The notes: generated by a model not told the origin, from the sequence alone. A stretch of DNA of 64,000 bases from Cyanophora paradoxa CCMP329 (GCA_004431415.1 QPMI01000580.1:31002-95001), one strand, 5' to 3'; counted from the first letter of the stretch, positions 13,201-26,612 are shown. Translations and numbers: made by a program.

Positions 13201-16200
13201 CGCGCGCGCCTGGGTGCCCTTGATGACGACGGTGTGGGCGGGGAGGTTGACGCCCCACGCCAGCGTCGCCGTGCAGCAGAGCACCTGCCGCGGGGTCAGG
13301 GGGGAAGAAGAGGGCGGGGGGGGGGCGGGCGGGGCGGGGGCGGACGCGGAGGTGGCCGGAGGCGAAGAGGCGCTCGACGATGTTGCGGTCGGAGCGGAGC
13401 ATCCCCGCGTGGTGCAGCCCGATCCCTGCGGGGCGCGTCAGGCGAGGCGGCGGGGGAGCGGGGGGAGAAAACGGGCCGGAGACGCCGACGTCCTTGAGTT
13501 CGGTGTTGCGGGACTTGCCGAGCTCGCGCTGCAGCGCCGCGAGCCGCCTGGCCGCCTCGTCCGTGAAGCTCCCCTCGTCCTCCCCCTCGTCCAGCGCCTT
13601 GCCCCGCAGGAAGAGCGCTGCCGCCCCGTCAGCGGCCCCGCCGGCGGGGGCGGGAGCTGCGGGCGAGAGCCGCGCCGGTCTTCTGGTCGCGCTGGGCGAG
13701 CTCGCGGAGCATGCGCGCCGTCTTCCCCGTGTCCTTCCGCGAGTGCACGAAGACCATCACCTGCGGGGCGGGGCGGGGTCGCGGAGGGCGGGGAGGGCGG
13801 CGGCGGCGGGGGAGGGGGTAGGGCGGACCTGGTGGCCCCGCTGGAGGCTCTCGAGGACCTTCATGTAGCAGATGTCCCCGATGAGCTGCAGCCGCTTCGC
13901 CCCGTTCGCCTCGCTCACCCCGATGAACTGCTGCGCCAGCGGCACCGGCCGGTAGCTGTTGTCGAAGTAGTAGAGGCCCGTCTCCGGGTTCACCCTGCGG
14001 GCCCGGTCAGGCGGAGCTGGGCAGAGGGCGGGAGGCGGGCGGCGGGGGCGGCCTCGCCTGAGGAAGACAGCGACGTCGCGGTAGTTGGGGAGAGTGGCGG
14101 AGAGCCCCACGATGCGGATCATGCTCTGCGTGCTCTCCACCTGCCCCGCCGTGAGCGGCGCAGCGGGGAAGGGGAGCGGGGAGCGGGGAGGGGCCGGGCC
14201 ATGCGGAGGGTGCGGGCGACGAGGGTCTCGATGACGGGCCCGCGGTCGTCGGCGAGCAGGTGCACCTCGTCGATGATCAGCAACCGCACCAGCTGCCCGG
14301 GGGGGCTCAGACAAGCCAGGGCCGGCGGGGCGGGGCGGGCGGGGCGGACGGAGACGAGGCCGGTGTCGGAGGTCTTGCGGGTGATGACGTCCCACTTCTC
14401 CGGCGTCGTCACGATCACCTGCCCCGGGGTCAGCCGGCCGCCGGCGGCGGGCGCTGCCGGCCGCGGGGCAGGGGCGCGGGCCTGGGTCTCCTGGAGCTCC
14501 TTGCGGGTGAGCTGCATGTCCCCCGTCAGCTCTTTCACCGTCTGCGCCGCCGTCAGCGCGAAGGCGCCGCGTGCGCGAGGGGACCGGGGCGGGGCGGGGC
14601 GGGCCATGGAGAGGGGCGCCAGGCGCTCCGAGAACTTCTCGACGACCTCCGCAGCCAGCGCCTGCGCCCCGGGCGTGTGAGGGGGTCCGAGCGAAAGGAG
14701 GCGGGGCGGGCGGCGGGCCTTCATGGGGGCCACGTAGATGATCTTGAACTCGTCGCGGGCGAGCGCGCCCCGCACGATGTGCTGCCCCACCTGCCCCGCG
14801 AGAGGCCGTCAGGGGGGGTGCCAGGGGGGGTATGGAGGGGCGGGCCTCGTGGAGGATGGCGAGCATGGCGATGTTCGTCTTGCCGGCGCCTGCACGAGCC
14901 GCGCCGTCAGCGGCGGCGGAGGGGGAGGAGGAGGAGGAGGAGGGCGGGGGAACGCGCCGGTCGGGGCGCAGACGAGGAGGTTCTCGTTGGAGCGGTAGGC
15001 GGCGGGGTACAGCCGCGACTGGATCCGGTTGAGGCAGCGCATCCCCTGCGCCGGTGTGAGGCGAGGGCGGGGCCGGCGGACGTGGGTGGGGAGGGGCGGG
15101 GCGGACGTGGAAGGCGGGGCGGGCCCAGTCGTCCATCTCGGCTATCGGCACGAGGCGCTCCTTCCCGCCCATCGCCGACGGCACGCTCGGCGGGATGTGC
15201 ACCTCCTCGTACCCCTGCCGCAGGCTCAGGGCAGGCCCAGGGCCGGAGGGGCGGCGGGGCGGCGCCTTGAACTTCTTGGAGACGGTGCCCTCGGGGAGGG
15301 CCATCTTCTGGACGCCGCCGCCGACGGTGCCGGTGCCGAGGAGGGCGGCGGCGCGCGCGGGGGCCTCCCGCAGGTCCCGCTCCCGCTGCTCCCGCAGCGT
15401 CCGCGGGTCCGACTCCGCCCCCGCCGCCGCCGCCGCCAGGAACTCCGCCGCCGCCGACGCCGCCGCCGGGCCGTCCCCAGCCCCCGCCCGCCGCGCGGCG
15501 CGCTTCTCCTCCTTGCGCCGCAGCTTCCCCATCAGCCGCTCCGACTCGCTCTGGACGACCACCTGCGAGCCCAGCGCCGGGCCCTCCCGCCTCCCCCCGC
15601 CCCGCCCTGGGCGCCGCCGGCCGGCTGCTGGGCGGCGGCGCGGGCGGCGGCGGCCTGGGCGGCCTGGAGGGAGGGGCGGCGGAGATGGCCCATGCGATGA
15701 AGTCGAAGGCCTCGAAGCCGAGCAGGTCGAGCAGCGGGCCCTGGATCTCGTCGTCTGCGCGGGGTGGCGCGTCGGGCGGGGGCGGGTCGGGCCCCGGGGG
15801 CCCGGCGGGCTCGGGCGGACCGGAGGCGGGCTTGTTGAGGGTCTCGAGGAGCTGCTCGGCGAGCTCGAGGGGCGAGAAGAGGCCGCCGGCCCGCGAGCAG
15901 TGGTCCTCGCAGCGCAGCACCAGCTCCCGCCCCACCTCCCCGCCCATGCCCCCGGCCCCCTCGCCCCCACCCCGCGCCCCGCCCGACCCGGCATCCTGCG
16001 CGCGCGCAAACCGGCTCAGCGGGGCGCGGGAGGGCGCGGCGGGGAGCGGCGGGGCCGGCGGGGCGGACGGGCGGGGCGGCTGCGGGGCCTCGTAGTCGCT
16101 GTCGGGGAGGAGGAGGAGGAGCCGGCGGGGGCCCGCGCAGCTCCGGCAGGTCCTCGCCCCACTCGCGGTCCATCAGCGGGCCGCCGCGCGCCGCCGGCGC

Positions 16201-16919
16201 CGGCCCCGCGGCGGCCGCCCCCGTGCGCCACGCGTGGAGCTCGCCGGCGAGCTTCACGGCCTCCTTCGCCGCCGCCGGCGTGCACCCGGCGAAGAACTCG
16301 CGCAGCACGGACCTGCGCGGCGTCGGCGGGGCGCGGGCGGCGCGGCGGGGGCCCCGCGCACGCTTTGGCGTCGGGCGGGTCGTCGGGGTTCGCGTTGACG
16401 ACGTCGTACGCCATCTGGGCCGCCGTCCCCGCGTCCATCGCCTCCCCGCTGATCTCCCCGCCCACTTGCACGAAGCGCTCGAACTTCCTCCGCACCTCCC
16501 GCTCGTCCGCGCGGCCTGCCGCCGGCGGGCGGTTCATACGCGAAGGCTCAGATTGCGCTCCATCGGCGCAGGGCGGCGCGCACCTTCCACGCCTCTTGCA
16601 AATTCCTTCCACGACCATCCCGGCGTCTCAGGGCCGTCCGAGATGCCGGCCGACCTGCGGATGAAGCGGTCATGCGTGGCGGGGTCCGGTAGGAGATCGC
16701 AGCGCCGGGCGGACCTCAGCCGGCGCTGTATGATCTGCAGGCGCTCTACATATGCGCTCTCGAGATCGAAGTCCGCGCGATCCGTGAGGAAGGCCCGGAG
16801 TGCGCCCGACAGCCGTGGGCGCTGAGCGCGCGTGAGCCGAGCGGCGAGGGCGCGCAGCACCAGCTCACCTCGCTCACGACCGCCACAGCGGCGGCGGGGC
16901 GCTTCCCCGCGGCCGCCAT
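7286..16919 (-). CDS. ASCC3: Activating signal cointegrator 1 complex subunit 3 (Slh1/Rqt2), dual-cassette Ski2-like helicase with Sec63 domains, multi-exon
   Basis: Two helicase cassettes (CAPTG/AGKTN...DEVH; [10 protein letters not shown]...DEIH), [26 protein letters not shown] and [16 protein letters not shown]. The N-terminal [11 protein letters not shown] matches the ASCC3 start rather than Brr2. Confidence 0.93.
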
Positions 16920-17111
16920 CTCTCTCTCTCTCTAGATCTCTTGCTCGTCGCTGCGGCCCGAACAACCGCGGGCTCGATTCCGGATGAGGAGATTACCCCG
17001 TGAGGCCCAATTTCGAAAGGACCACACGCGTCGACGTCGGACCCATGCTCGATCTCGAATCACATTGAGACACGTAGGGGGGCGTTCAGGGGGGCGGTGG
17101 GGGAGGCGAGG

Positions 17112-18718
17112 CTAGGCGAGGAGGTGGCCGCGGAGGGTGGTGACGGCGCGGCCCTTGATGAGCACGCGCCCGCCCTCCCCCAGCTCCACCTCCAGCTCGC
17201 CCCCGCGGGCGCTCGCCTGCCGCCCCGGGCCCCGTCCCCGTCAGGCGCCAGGCAGGACCGGGCGGCGGGGCGGCGTGGTGGCGGGCCTGGTGCGCCCGCA
17301 TGGAGTGCTTGCCGAGCCGCTCGCCCCAGAACGGCGCCAGCACGCAGTGCGCGCTCCCCGTCACCTGCCCCCGCGTCGGAAGAAGCTCCGCGCCGGGAGG
17401 GGAGGCCCGACTCACCGGGTCCTCCTCGATGCCGCAGCGCGGCCCTGGGCGCGCGCGTCACGCCTCGGCCTTCAACGCGCGGGGCGGGCGGGCGGGCGGG
17501 CGCCGCGCGCACCGAAGAACCGACTGACAAAGTCCTCCCTGGGCCCCGAGCTCGGCGCCGTCACGATGATACCCCTGCCGCGCCTCAGGGGGGCGGGCGG
17601 GACGGGGGTACGGGGCGGCGCGCCTGCACACGATGTCGTTGAGGACGGCCGAGCTCGGCTTCAGGCCGCTCCGCACGAGCCTCTCGTCCTCGATCTGTAC
17701 CCCGGCCCGCGCGTCGGCGGTGCGGAGGAAGGGGGGGGGGGGGGGGACGGGGCGGGCGGGGTACCAGGACGAGGACGTCCTCGCCGCCGTGCCAGACGTC
17801 GGCGATGGCCCTGCGGGGCACGCCGAGGCCCTGGGCGAGCACGTCCAGCACCTTCTCCTTCAGCCTCGCCTCCATCTGGGGCCCCCGGCGGGGTCGGGCG
17901 GCGGGGGCGGGGGGCGGGGCGGGGGCGGGCGGACGGGGCGGGGCGGGGCGGCGGGGAAGTCGAGGACGATGAGGTCGCCCTCGCGGCGGGCGGTGAGGAC
18001 GCCGCTGCGCGTGTGGAAGCGTGCCGCCTCGCCCCGCGCCAGGTGGCCCTCCTCCCACAGCACGTGGCTCGCCGCCAGCGTCGCGTGCCCGCACAGGTTC
18101 ACCTCCACCTGCGCCCCGCCCCGCCCCGCGTCGAAGGGCGCCCGCCGCGCGCTCCCGCTAGCGGGCGCGGCGGCGCGGGGGCGGACCGTGGGCGTGAGCC
18201 AGCGGAGGCTGAAGCCGTCAGGCCGCTTCTGCACGAACGCCGTCTCGCTCAGATTCATCTCTCGGGCCACGAGCGCCATCCAAGCGTCGTCCCGAGCCGC
18301 CGGAAGCACGACCACCGCCGCCGGGTTGCCGCCTGAGCGCCGACGCGCGCCCGGTCAGCGACGCGAGAGTCGTGCCGGGACCCAAACCCGTGCGATCGGT
18401 GCGCGGCAGTCGATCCGAGAGTGGCAACCGACCGGCACGCGGCAACCGACCGGCGCGCGGCGGCCGACCGGCGTATGCCTAGGCGGACGCTGGCGTACCA
18501 TAGGCGCACTGCGCGAGGGCAAATTAGCTAGGGCGTGCTCGTGGGAAAGGCGTCGTGAGTACCTGAGTGAAGGCATCGACGACGACGACGGGCTGGCCGG
18601 GCTTCTTCTTCGGTGCCGGCTTGGAGCGCCAGTTTGCCAAGAGCGCGCCGGTAGCGGCCGCAGCCAGCAAAGGCAGTATTGCGTGCGTCGCAAAGTTCAC
18701 CGGGGTGTTCTCTTTCAT
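17112..18718 (-). CDS. PhzF/PBLD family epimerase-like protein, multi-exon
   Basis: VDAFT, GNPAAVV, EMNLSETAF, LRWLTPT-EVNLCGHATLA, EDPVTGSAHC and SARGGEL motifs. Confidence 0.9.
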
Positions 18719-19275
18719 CGATCAAATTGTTTTGGGCGGTGCGGGTACGCGATCGATGCAGCGGCCCCGGACGGAGTCGAGCCCAGAAATCTAGCAAGAG
18801 GGCAGAAAAGCTCCTCTCGCACCTCTTTGCGGAGCCAAACAGCTCCTCGCGCGCAATTGAACAGCTTTTGCTCTCTTAACAGTTCCAGTGAGGGGAGCTA
18901 GAGTGGCCGACGCAAGCTTCGCAGCATGGCCGACGCAAGCTTCGGAGCGGATGCGTTGGATGCAGTGCGTTGCCAATGCTGATTGCTATGGCATCAAATG
19001 GAAGCCCCGCAAGCGCCCGCTTGGCCGTGTTTGCCGAGAGGCTTTTTTGGTCCAGCGGCGGCAGCCAGCGACCATAGCGGCCGGCCGAGTGCCCTATAGC
19101 TTCCTCTGGCACATGGCAGCACGCCTGACCGCGCCGCCCGCAGGACGACCAAATCTACTCAGCACCGCCAGTGCTGAGGAAACCTCGGCCACGGTCCGCC
19201 AAAGGGCGCCAAAGAGAGCTGGACCCTGTCGGCTCAATCAGCTCCAACAACGGGCGGATCGGTGGCGCGCTGCCG

Positions 19276-19874
19276 ATGCCGCTCGTAGTTCCGCGTCTGG
19301 ACTCACCGCTCTCTGAATCGCTCTCCGGGCTGGAAGACGACCGGCCGACAGTCCGCAACAGCTCCTCTCTAGCCAGCTTAGGGTCCCCGTGCGACCCGGA
19401 CGGAGACGATGCGGCGGCCGCGCCGGACTGCGGCCGCAGCGAGTCCCCGTCGGCTGCCCGCGAGCGGCGGCACCGGCTCCTGTATCGCGGCTGCGACGTG
19501 CCTCCGAGCGCGCGCTCCGCCCCCCTGCGCGGTCTCTCGGCCTCGCCCGTCCCCCCGTCCTCCCCCACCCCCGGGGGGCGCCGGCCCCTGTCCCGCGCCG
19601 CGCAGCCCGGCGAGGGGCCCTCGCCGTCCCCGCCGCCGGCGGTGGGCCGGAGCGCGGAGCTACCGCCGCGGCCGTCGACGGCGTCGGGGAGCCGGCCGGG
19701 GGCGGGGCGCCTGCGGCTGCTGCGCAGCGTCGAGGTCGCCAAGAAGATGGAGGAGATGACCTTCGAGGACTACGAGGCGCGCCCCCGCCCCGCCCGCCCC
19801 GCCCCGCCCCCGCTGACGCCCCGCCCCCGCAGGCCATGAAGGAGATGGGCGAGATCAACTTCGGCGGCGAGTAG
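19276..19874 (+). CDS. Hypothetical Ser/Pro-rich protein, 2 exons
   Basis: Low-complexity ORF ending KKMEEMTFEDYE, then a GC-AG intron, then AMKEMGEINFGGE*. Start uncertain. Confidence 0.4.
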
Positions 19875-20107
19875 CGCAGTCCTCCGGCGGGGCCCAGCAG
19901 TAGGCGCGTAATCGATGAAATCAGGGGCCTCCCGAACTTTCGCCGAGCTCCGACTGCGCTGGCCCAGTAGAAACAGATGAAGCGCATTAATTTGAATATC
20001 ACTGTCCCCACAATCTTTTAAAAATTTGACATACATAGATACATAGAAACGTTAACAGACCAGCTCAACAAAGACCCCGCGTTCCAGACAGCAACGGCGC
20101 GGCCTGA

Positions 20108-22133
20108 TCAGGGCACGCGGGGGGGAGGGGGAGGGGGGGGGGGGGGGGAGGCGGCGGACTGCCAGACTGTCAGCGGAATGCGGGCCCCGGCGGGGGCGGC
20201 GGGGGCGCACGGGACCGGAGGGGCCGAGGCGTGGGGGGCGGGGGCCCTAGAGGAGGACGGCCCTGGGGAAGAGGGCGCGGAAGTGGCGCTGGACGGTGCG
20301 CCAGGCGCGGCACATCGCGTCCCCCCGCAGGCCCTCCCCCGGGAGCAGCGAGGCAACGAGGCGCGAGCCGTCCCCGAGGCGGCAGCCCTCCGCGAGGCCC
20401 CGCAGCGGCCCCAGCACCGCCTCCGCCCCCGCCTCGTCGTCGAAGGGCACCCGCAGGCCGCTCACCGCCTCCAGCGCGGGGCAGGCGGCGAGGGCGCCGG
20501 CGACGGCGGCGAGGGCGTGCCGGGCAGGTGCAGCTCGCGCAGCCGCGGGCAGGCCGGCAGGGCGGCGAGCGTCGCCGTCGGCTCGCGGCCCATGTCGGCG
20601 TAACGGAGCTCGACGAGCGCCGGCCCCGCGTCGTGGAGCAGCGCGGCCAGAGCCGCGTCAGCCGCGCGCCCCGCGGATCCGGCGGCGGGGGCGGGGGGCG
20701 GGGGCGGCCCCCTCACCGAGGACGAGGCGGAGGGCGACGAGGGAGCGGGCGGAGAGGGCGCCGAGGGCGCCGGCGAGGGCGCGGAAGACGGCGGGGCAGG
20801 GGGCGGCGTCTGGGCAGGGGCGGCCCGGCTCGAGGGCGAGGCCGAGCTCGCGGAGCCTCTCCAGGGGCCTCAGCGCCAGCCACAGAACATCCGGGCTGAC
20901 CCTCGCCGGCTCCCGCGGGGGCGTGTGGCGCCCGCAGATGCTCACCTCCAGGGGCCCCGCCTCCGCCTCCTCCCGCAGCAGCTGCGCGGGGCCTCGGCAA
21001 GCGCCGGCCGGGGCTGGTGGCGGGGGCCAGCGGGGCCGCGCGCACGGCGGTGCCGACGGCGAGCTGGAGCTTCTCGAGGGAGGTCAGGCGGCCGAGCGCC
21101 GGCAGCTCCCCCACGTGGAAGCCATCCGCCCCGCTGCTCGAAATCAGAGGCGGCGGCGCGGCGGGGGCATCGGAGGGGCGCACAATGAGACGCGGAGCTT
21201 CCGCAGGCGCCGGGCGGCGGGCCCCGCCGCGAAGGCCTCGAAGCCGCGCGCGCTCTCGTGTGGACGCGCCGGCGGGGCGTGGTAGGGGCTGGGGGCGGCG
21301 TGGCGCCCGGGCGGCTCCAGCTCCAGGTCCAGCTCCTCGAGCGCCGGGTGCGACGCGAAGGCGGCGAGGGCCGCCCCGTCCCGCAGCCGCACGGCGGCGG
21401 AGCGGAGCGCGGGGAAGGCGGCCGGGAGGGCGGCCGCCGCCTCCTCCAGCACGAGGGGCAGCCGCAGCCGCTCGAGCCGCGGGAAGCAGGCCAGCAGCCG
21501 CACGAGCTCGCGCGGCGCCGGCGTGCTCGAGCTCTCCTGCTCGAGGACGACGCTCTTCAGCGTCTGGCGGGCGCCGCCGCCCCCCTCGCTGGCGCTCAGC
21601 GCGCCGAGCACAGCCGTAGCGAGGCCCGCCAGCTCGTTGCCCGAGGCCTTGATGAGCAAGCCGCCGAGGCCTCCGCTGCACGCCGAGCAAGCCGAGAACA
21701 GCGACACGACGGCTCCGTGAATCTCAGGCGCGTCGCGGGCCCGCGGCGGAGGAGGCTGGGTTTGGATTTCCACCTCCAGCATCGGGTGTACGTCTAACGT
21801 GATGGGCCGCATGCCGGCAGGCCGCCTCAGCTGAGCTGCAAAGCGTACGATCTGTTCGTCGCTCCTCACTCTAAGCCGAATCGTGCGCCACGCGACCGCG
21901 TCGACGACATCGCGCATCTTCTTGCTGACTAATCGCAGGCGCGATGCCTGAATGAACCCGAGCTGCTGCATCACCTCCCCGAGCGCGTCGCGGTGCAGCT
22001 CGTCGAGCTGCGGGGGTGACTCGGAGCTCGCTATCGCCGCGGAGTCGGCGTGCTGGAGCTGAGCCGAGCTCGTATCAGCCTCCGCCAGCTCGCCCGCGGT
22101 CCTCGCACGCTTCTGCGCTCGCTCGCCCTCCAT
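20108..22133 (-). CDS. F-box protein with LRR-like C-terminus, multi-exon
   Basis: LDELHRDALGEVMQQLG..ASRLRLVSKKMR is an F-box pattern, followed by LxxLxL repeats (FPRLERLRL, HPALEELDL, CPRLRELHL). Confidence 0.7.
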
Positions 22134-22684
22134 GCGTTCGCCTAGAGGACAGGATGTGCGTGTGCACAGCTCGGCCCGCGACAGATCGAACGCCTCTGTC
22201 CGGTCAAAGCGTTCGCCTTGGCAATCAGCGGTCAGAATGCAGTCAGCTGCAGCCTGCAAATCACGCGTACCCCTCGCTGCCTTGCAACTTCAAGTTGCAA
22301 GTCCGCCGTCTCCGCGGTTGGCCCCCAGCCGGGGTGCTAATCTGAAGCATGGACCTGGGGCGAACTCATTCCGGGCCCCCGGGGTCAGCGGCGCACTACA
22401 TGTACAGAGCAGAGGTCCGCACTGCAGACACAGCCGGCCATCCCCGTCCTCCGCATCGCTGAAGCATGGCGCAGCCGCTCGAGAGCCACACAGAGTCGGG
22501 CCTTAGCGGTGCGCCGTTTTGAATGAGGAAGCCGTGACACGTCGCGGATGAGCCTGCGGCCCTGCGCTGTCACTGGCTTGCCGCCTGGGCCGTGGCACTG
22601 CAACCGCGCAGCACTGAAGCGCTGAACCGAATCGCAGGCGCCGTCGCGAACCTGACCATCACACACGAGGATGGGGCGAGCGGA

Positions 22685-24934
22685 ATGCTCGAATTGGGGT
22701 CGAGCGGAAAGAGCAGGAAGAAGGACAAGAGCTCCAAGAGCTCAAAGCACAGTCATTCTCTGGTGCCCCCCGCCTCGCGCAGCGCCCGCGCGGCGAACCG
22801 CTCACACCACCGCTGCAGTCCTGGAGCAGCTTCGGGTTCGGCGGCGGGAGCAGCAGCGGCAGCAACGGGGCCAGCAGCGCCGGGAACGCGAGCGGGGAGC
22901 CGTATGCTCCGCAGCCGAAGCGCAAGCACAACAGAACGGTGCGCAGGCCGGGCAGCGCGCGCGCGCACCGGCCTTACGGCGGTGAGCGCGCGCGTCCGCA
23001 GGGCTCGTTCTTCTCGTTCCTGCTTGGCGGTTCCAGCTCGGACAAGAAGGAGCGAGAGCGCGCCCTCCGCAGCGGCGCAGCCACGCCCCCGTACCTCCCC
23101 CCGCACTGCGCCCCCGCCTGCGCCGGCCCCCGCGCCGACCACGCGCCCTGCAGACCCGGCGGCGACGAGTCCTCGTACCCCTCCGCCATCCCCTCCCGCT
23201 CCCCGTCCATGTCCCCTTCGATGTCCCCGCCTCCGAACTGGAACGGCAACGCCACCGGCTCGCGGCCCAGTACCCCCGCCGCCTCGGGCCCTCCCCCCGT
23301 CCTTAAGGAGCTCATCGTCCCCGGTGCGACCCCGGCGGCGTACCCCGGTTCGGAACCGCGGCGAGCCGTACCCCCGGGGCGCAGGGGAGCTGCTGGACGA
23401 GTTCGAGCGGCTCGCGTCGGAGAACACGCGGCGCAACGTCGAGACCTGCGGCATCCTCGGCGCCGTCGAGGAGGTGCCGTCCCCCTGCCGGGCGGGGCGG
23501 GCGCCGCGGCTCGGATCGAGCGGCGGCGCGCGCAGGGCTCCTCGCTGCGCGTCGTCGCGGTCCTCGTCCCCCAGCAGGTGCCCCACGCGTTCCCCTGGGT
23601 CCTCCCGCCCTGGCCTCACCCCTCGCCAGACGGGTACGGCGGACAACTGCGAGACCTTCGGCGAGGAGAGCCTCATGGCCACCCAGGTCCGCGGCGTTCG
23701 TACCCCGCACCCGGCCCCGCCCCGACCGAGCCGCGTACCCTACCCGCAGCTCGAGCACAACCTCCTCTCCGCCGGCTGGATCCACGTGCGGCCTCCCTGC
23801 GCCTGCGCCCCGCGCCGCCGGGCCCCGCGGCGCCCCAACGGGCCCCCGGGCGCAGACGCACCCCTCCCAGAGCCTCTTCCTCTCCTCGGTCGACCTCCAC
23901 ACGCAGTTCGGGTGCGCGCGCGAGCGGGGCGGGGGCCGTCGCGCCGGGCGGGGCCGGAGCGAGGGGGCGGGGCAGGTACCAGAGCCTGCTGCCCGAGGCG
24001 GCCGCCATCGTCATTGCCCCCTCCGACTCGCCCTCGTGCGCCCGCCCCCGCACCGCCCCCCGCCCTCTTTCCGACGGGCCGCCGCGCCGGCAGCGTCGGC
24101 TGTTTCCGCCTCACGTGGCCGGACGGCCTCCGCGTGATCGGCGGCTGCGACCGCCGCGGCTTCCACGGCCACGTCTCCCAGGCCCGGCCCTTTCCGGTGC
24201 CCCCTGCTCCCCCGCTTCGAATTCCTGACCCCCGCACGCAGACCCCGCTCTACGAGAAGTGCGCCCACGTCCGCGTGCGTGCCCCCGGCCTCCGCCCCCC
24301 CCCCCCCCTTCCCCCCTCCGAGCGGGGCCGGGGGCAGGTGGTGCGGGAGCCCGGGGCGCCCCCGATGCCCTTCCGCATCTTCGACCTGCGGGGCGGGCCG
24401 GCCTCGCCCCCCAGCCCGGGCGGCCGCCACGCCCACGGCCACGGCCACGGCCACTCGCACGGGCCCGAGCAGCCGACGCCGCTCGCGCCGGCCCCGAACC
24501 CCTTCGTCCACCCGCCCGTCGGCCACGGCGGCCCCGGGGCGCCCGCCCCGGGCCCCTCCCATGGGGGAGCCTACGGCCACGCCGGGCCCCCGCCCCCGCA
24601 GTACGGCCACGCCGGGCCCCCACCCCCGCACTACGGTCAGCAGCAGCAGCAGCAGCAGCAGCAGCACGGGCAGTACTCTGACCACCACTCGCAGCAGCAC
24701 TCAGACCACTACCAGCAGCAGCAGGCGCAGGAGCGGTACGGGTACAGCCACCAGCAACCGCCGGGGCCCTACGGCTACGGGCAGCAGGCTTCGGCGCCCT
24801 CGTCGCCGCATAGGTACGGGCCGCCGCAGGGGCACTACGGGGCGGACTCCAACCACTACGGCGGGCCCAGGGGCGAGGGCCACGGCCCGGGCTCCTGGCA
24901 GCCGCCGCCCCCGAGCGGCTACGGGCACCGGTAG
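22685..24934 (+). CDS. AMSH/STAMBP-like JAMM (MPN+) deubiquitinase with Gln/His/Gly/Pro-rich tail, multi-exon
   Basis: NTRRNVETCGIL, GWIH|THPSQSLFLSSVDLHTQ, YQSLLPEAAAIV and GFHGH. Start uncertain. Confidence 0.88.
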   Translation: MLELGSSGKSRKKDKSSKSSKHSHSLVPPASRSARAANRSHHRCSPGAASGSAAGAAAAATGPAAPGTRAGSRMLRSRSASTTERCAGRAARARTGLTAVSARVRRARSSRSCLAVPARTRRSESAPSAAAQPRPRTSPRTAPPPAPAPAPTTRPADPAATSPRTPPPSPPAPRPCPLRCPRLRTGTATPPARGPVPPPPRALPPSLRSSSSPVRPRRRTPVRNRGEPYPRGAGELLDEFERLASENTRRNVETCGILGAVEEVPSPCRAGRAPRLGSSGGARRAPRCASSRSSSPSRCPTRSPGSSRPGLTPRQTGTADNCETFGEESLMATQVRGVRTPHPAPPRPSRVPYPQLEHNLLSAGWIHVRPPCACAPRRRAPRRPNGPPGADAPLPEPLPLLGRPPHAVRVRARAGRGPSRRAGPERGGGAGTRACCPRRPPSSLPPPTRPRAPAPAPPPALFPTGRRAGSVGCFRLTWPDGLRVIGGCDRRGFHGHVSQARPFPVPPAPPLRIPDPRTQTPLYEKCAHVRVRAPGLRPPPPLPPSERGRGQVVREPGAPPMPFRIFDLRGGPASPPSPGGRHAHGHGHGHSHGPEQPTPLAPAPNPFVHPPVGHGGPGAPAPGPSHGGAYGHAGPPPPQYGHAGPPPPHYGQQQQQQQQQHGQYSDHHSQQHSDHYQQQQAQERYGYSHQQPPGPYGYGQQASAPSSPHRYGPPQGHYGADSNHYGGPRGEGHGPGSWQPPPPSGYGHR

Positions 24935-25094
24935 CCGAGCTCGGGCTCGAGCTCGTTCACGTAGGATAGCCGCTTTTTGAAGAATAAACTTCACCGATCG
25001 ACGGCCCGCCGGCGGGGTCGGCGCAGACTCGCCGCAGTCTCGGGCTCACGGCATCGCTGCGGGCGGGACAAATCAGGAATAGGGATGCGGGGTC

Positions 25095-26112
25095 GGGCAG
25101 GGGCCCCAAGCGCGGACCGAAGCGCTTTCCCGCGGTGTGCTGCCACGGGCAGCCAGCGCCCTTGTTCTGGCACCCGAAGGGCGTGTGCTCGAACATACAT
25201 TCCACGCTTCTCCAGTCATCCTTCGCCCTGTGCGGCCGACCGCGGCCGAGGATCGGGCGAGGCGGGGCGAGTGGGGCGAGGCGGGCGCGGGGACGCGGCA
25301 GGACCCACCTGCGGAGGACGGCGTCCCACTTGTCGCGCAGCTGCACGAGCTTCGCTGGGGGCTCGGTCGCCCTGCCGCCGCCCCGTCGCGCCCTCCGTCA
25401 GGCGCTGCGTGTGCGTGGCCGGAGCCCCGCGGCCCGAGCGCACCTGCGGTCGCAGCGGCAGGCGGCGTAGGGGAGGCAGGTGCCGTGGACGGCGAAGTTC
25501 ACGGCCAGGCCCCACACGAGCGATGGATCGTACGTAATCTGCAGGGTGTTGGTTTTGATCAAGTTCCGCAGTTCGAATTCACTGTGGCCAGCTGCAGCCG
25601 CAGGGAGCTGCGGCCGCAGGGCGCATGCTCACCAGGTAGTGGAGCCCGCCCTCGCGCCACTTGATAGTATCCTCGTCCGCGTGAAGCACGGCGTCATAGA
25701 ACTCGAGGGTCTGGTACAGCGAGCAAGACGTGATGCCCGGCTGTACGCAATGTCCTGGGGTCTCCGTGCCCCGCCACTTGAAATCAGTCGTGCCGCTGTA
25801 CCTGCGTGCGCCAGAAATGAGCTGATATCGATGCACGCCAGCATGCGGCTACGGCTTGGCCCACCGTCTCCCGTCTCCGAAGTCGAAGTTCCACTCGGCG
25901 CTGTACATATCCAGCGAAACGAGGTCCCGCAGCGGAGGGGCCGGCGTTCCGCCGACGTAGGCGACGGGAGCGATGCGCGGCTGGCTCGAGTGCGTCATGC
26001 GGACGTTGGTCTGAGCGTGCAGGGCTGCCTGCAACTCGGCCGAGAACTTATGCTGTCCATCCAGCTGGAGCCTAGCGACGTCCGGGATGCCTCTGGCGCC
26101 CGCGCCCGGCAT
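25095..26112 (-). CDS. Hypothetical multi-exon protein with C-terminal CCCH zinc finger
   Basis: Exon-like pieces on the minus strand ending in C-x7-C-x6-C-x3-H (CMFEHTPFGCQNKGAGCPWQH). Boundaries approximate. Confidence 0.45.
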
Positions 26113-26612
26113 CTGTACAGCTGCAGGTGGACGTTTGCGTTCGATCGTTAACGTTGCCTGGCCATGGCCTGATTCCGCCTGATTCGCGGCCTGAAGTTGC
26201 CTGCAGGTGCGTACACGATTAATTGGAAACGGGGTAGGCATGTTGCATTCGAGGGACAATCCACGTACCGTATACGTACGCGCGCGCGTGGCACTGCGGC
26301 ACCGCGCGCGCTGGCCGCCGGCAACCTGGCCCGGGGGCAGGCCTAGGCCAGCGCCAGCTCGGCCTTGGCCGGCAGTCGCGATTCGTTATCCCACCGTGGC
26401 ACTCGGTGAATTCATAACATTAACTGCGAAACAAAGGCGGCGAATACAATACAGAAAAGGCCTGGCTGACACTAGTACTGAAACCGAAATGCTGTGAAAA
26501 GAAGCTAAAGGCTGCCGATGGAACCCCGTATCCGAGGCCATCGCTGGGCAAAACACAAATGAAAAGATGCTAGGTGATAGTTAGGTAATAAGGTGAAAGG
26601 AAAGCGGTCTGC

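Noticed and set aside
1836-24934. Ubiquitin/antiviral gene cluster (OTU, ASCC3, F-box, AMSH) linked to the proviruses
   Set aside because: These are ordinary housekeeping families mixed with unrelated genes; nothing in the sequence supports a functional link.
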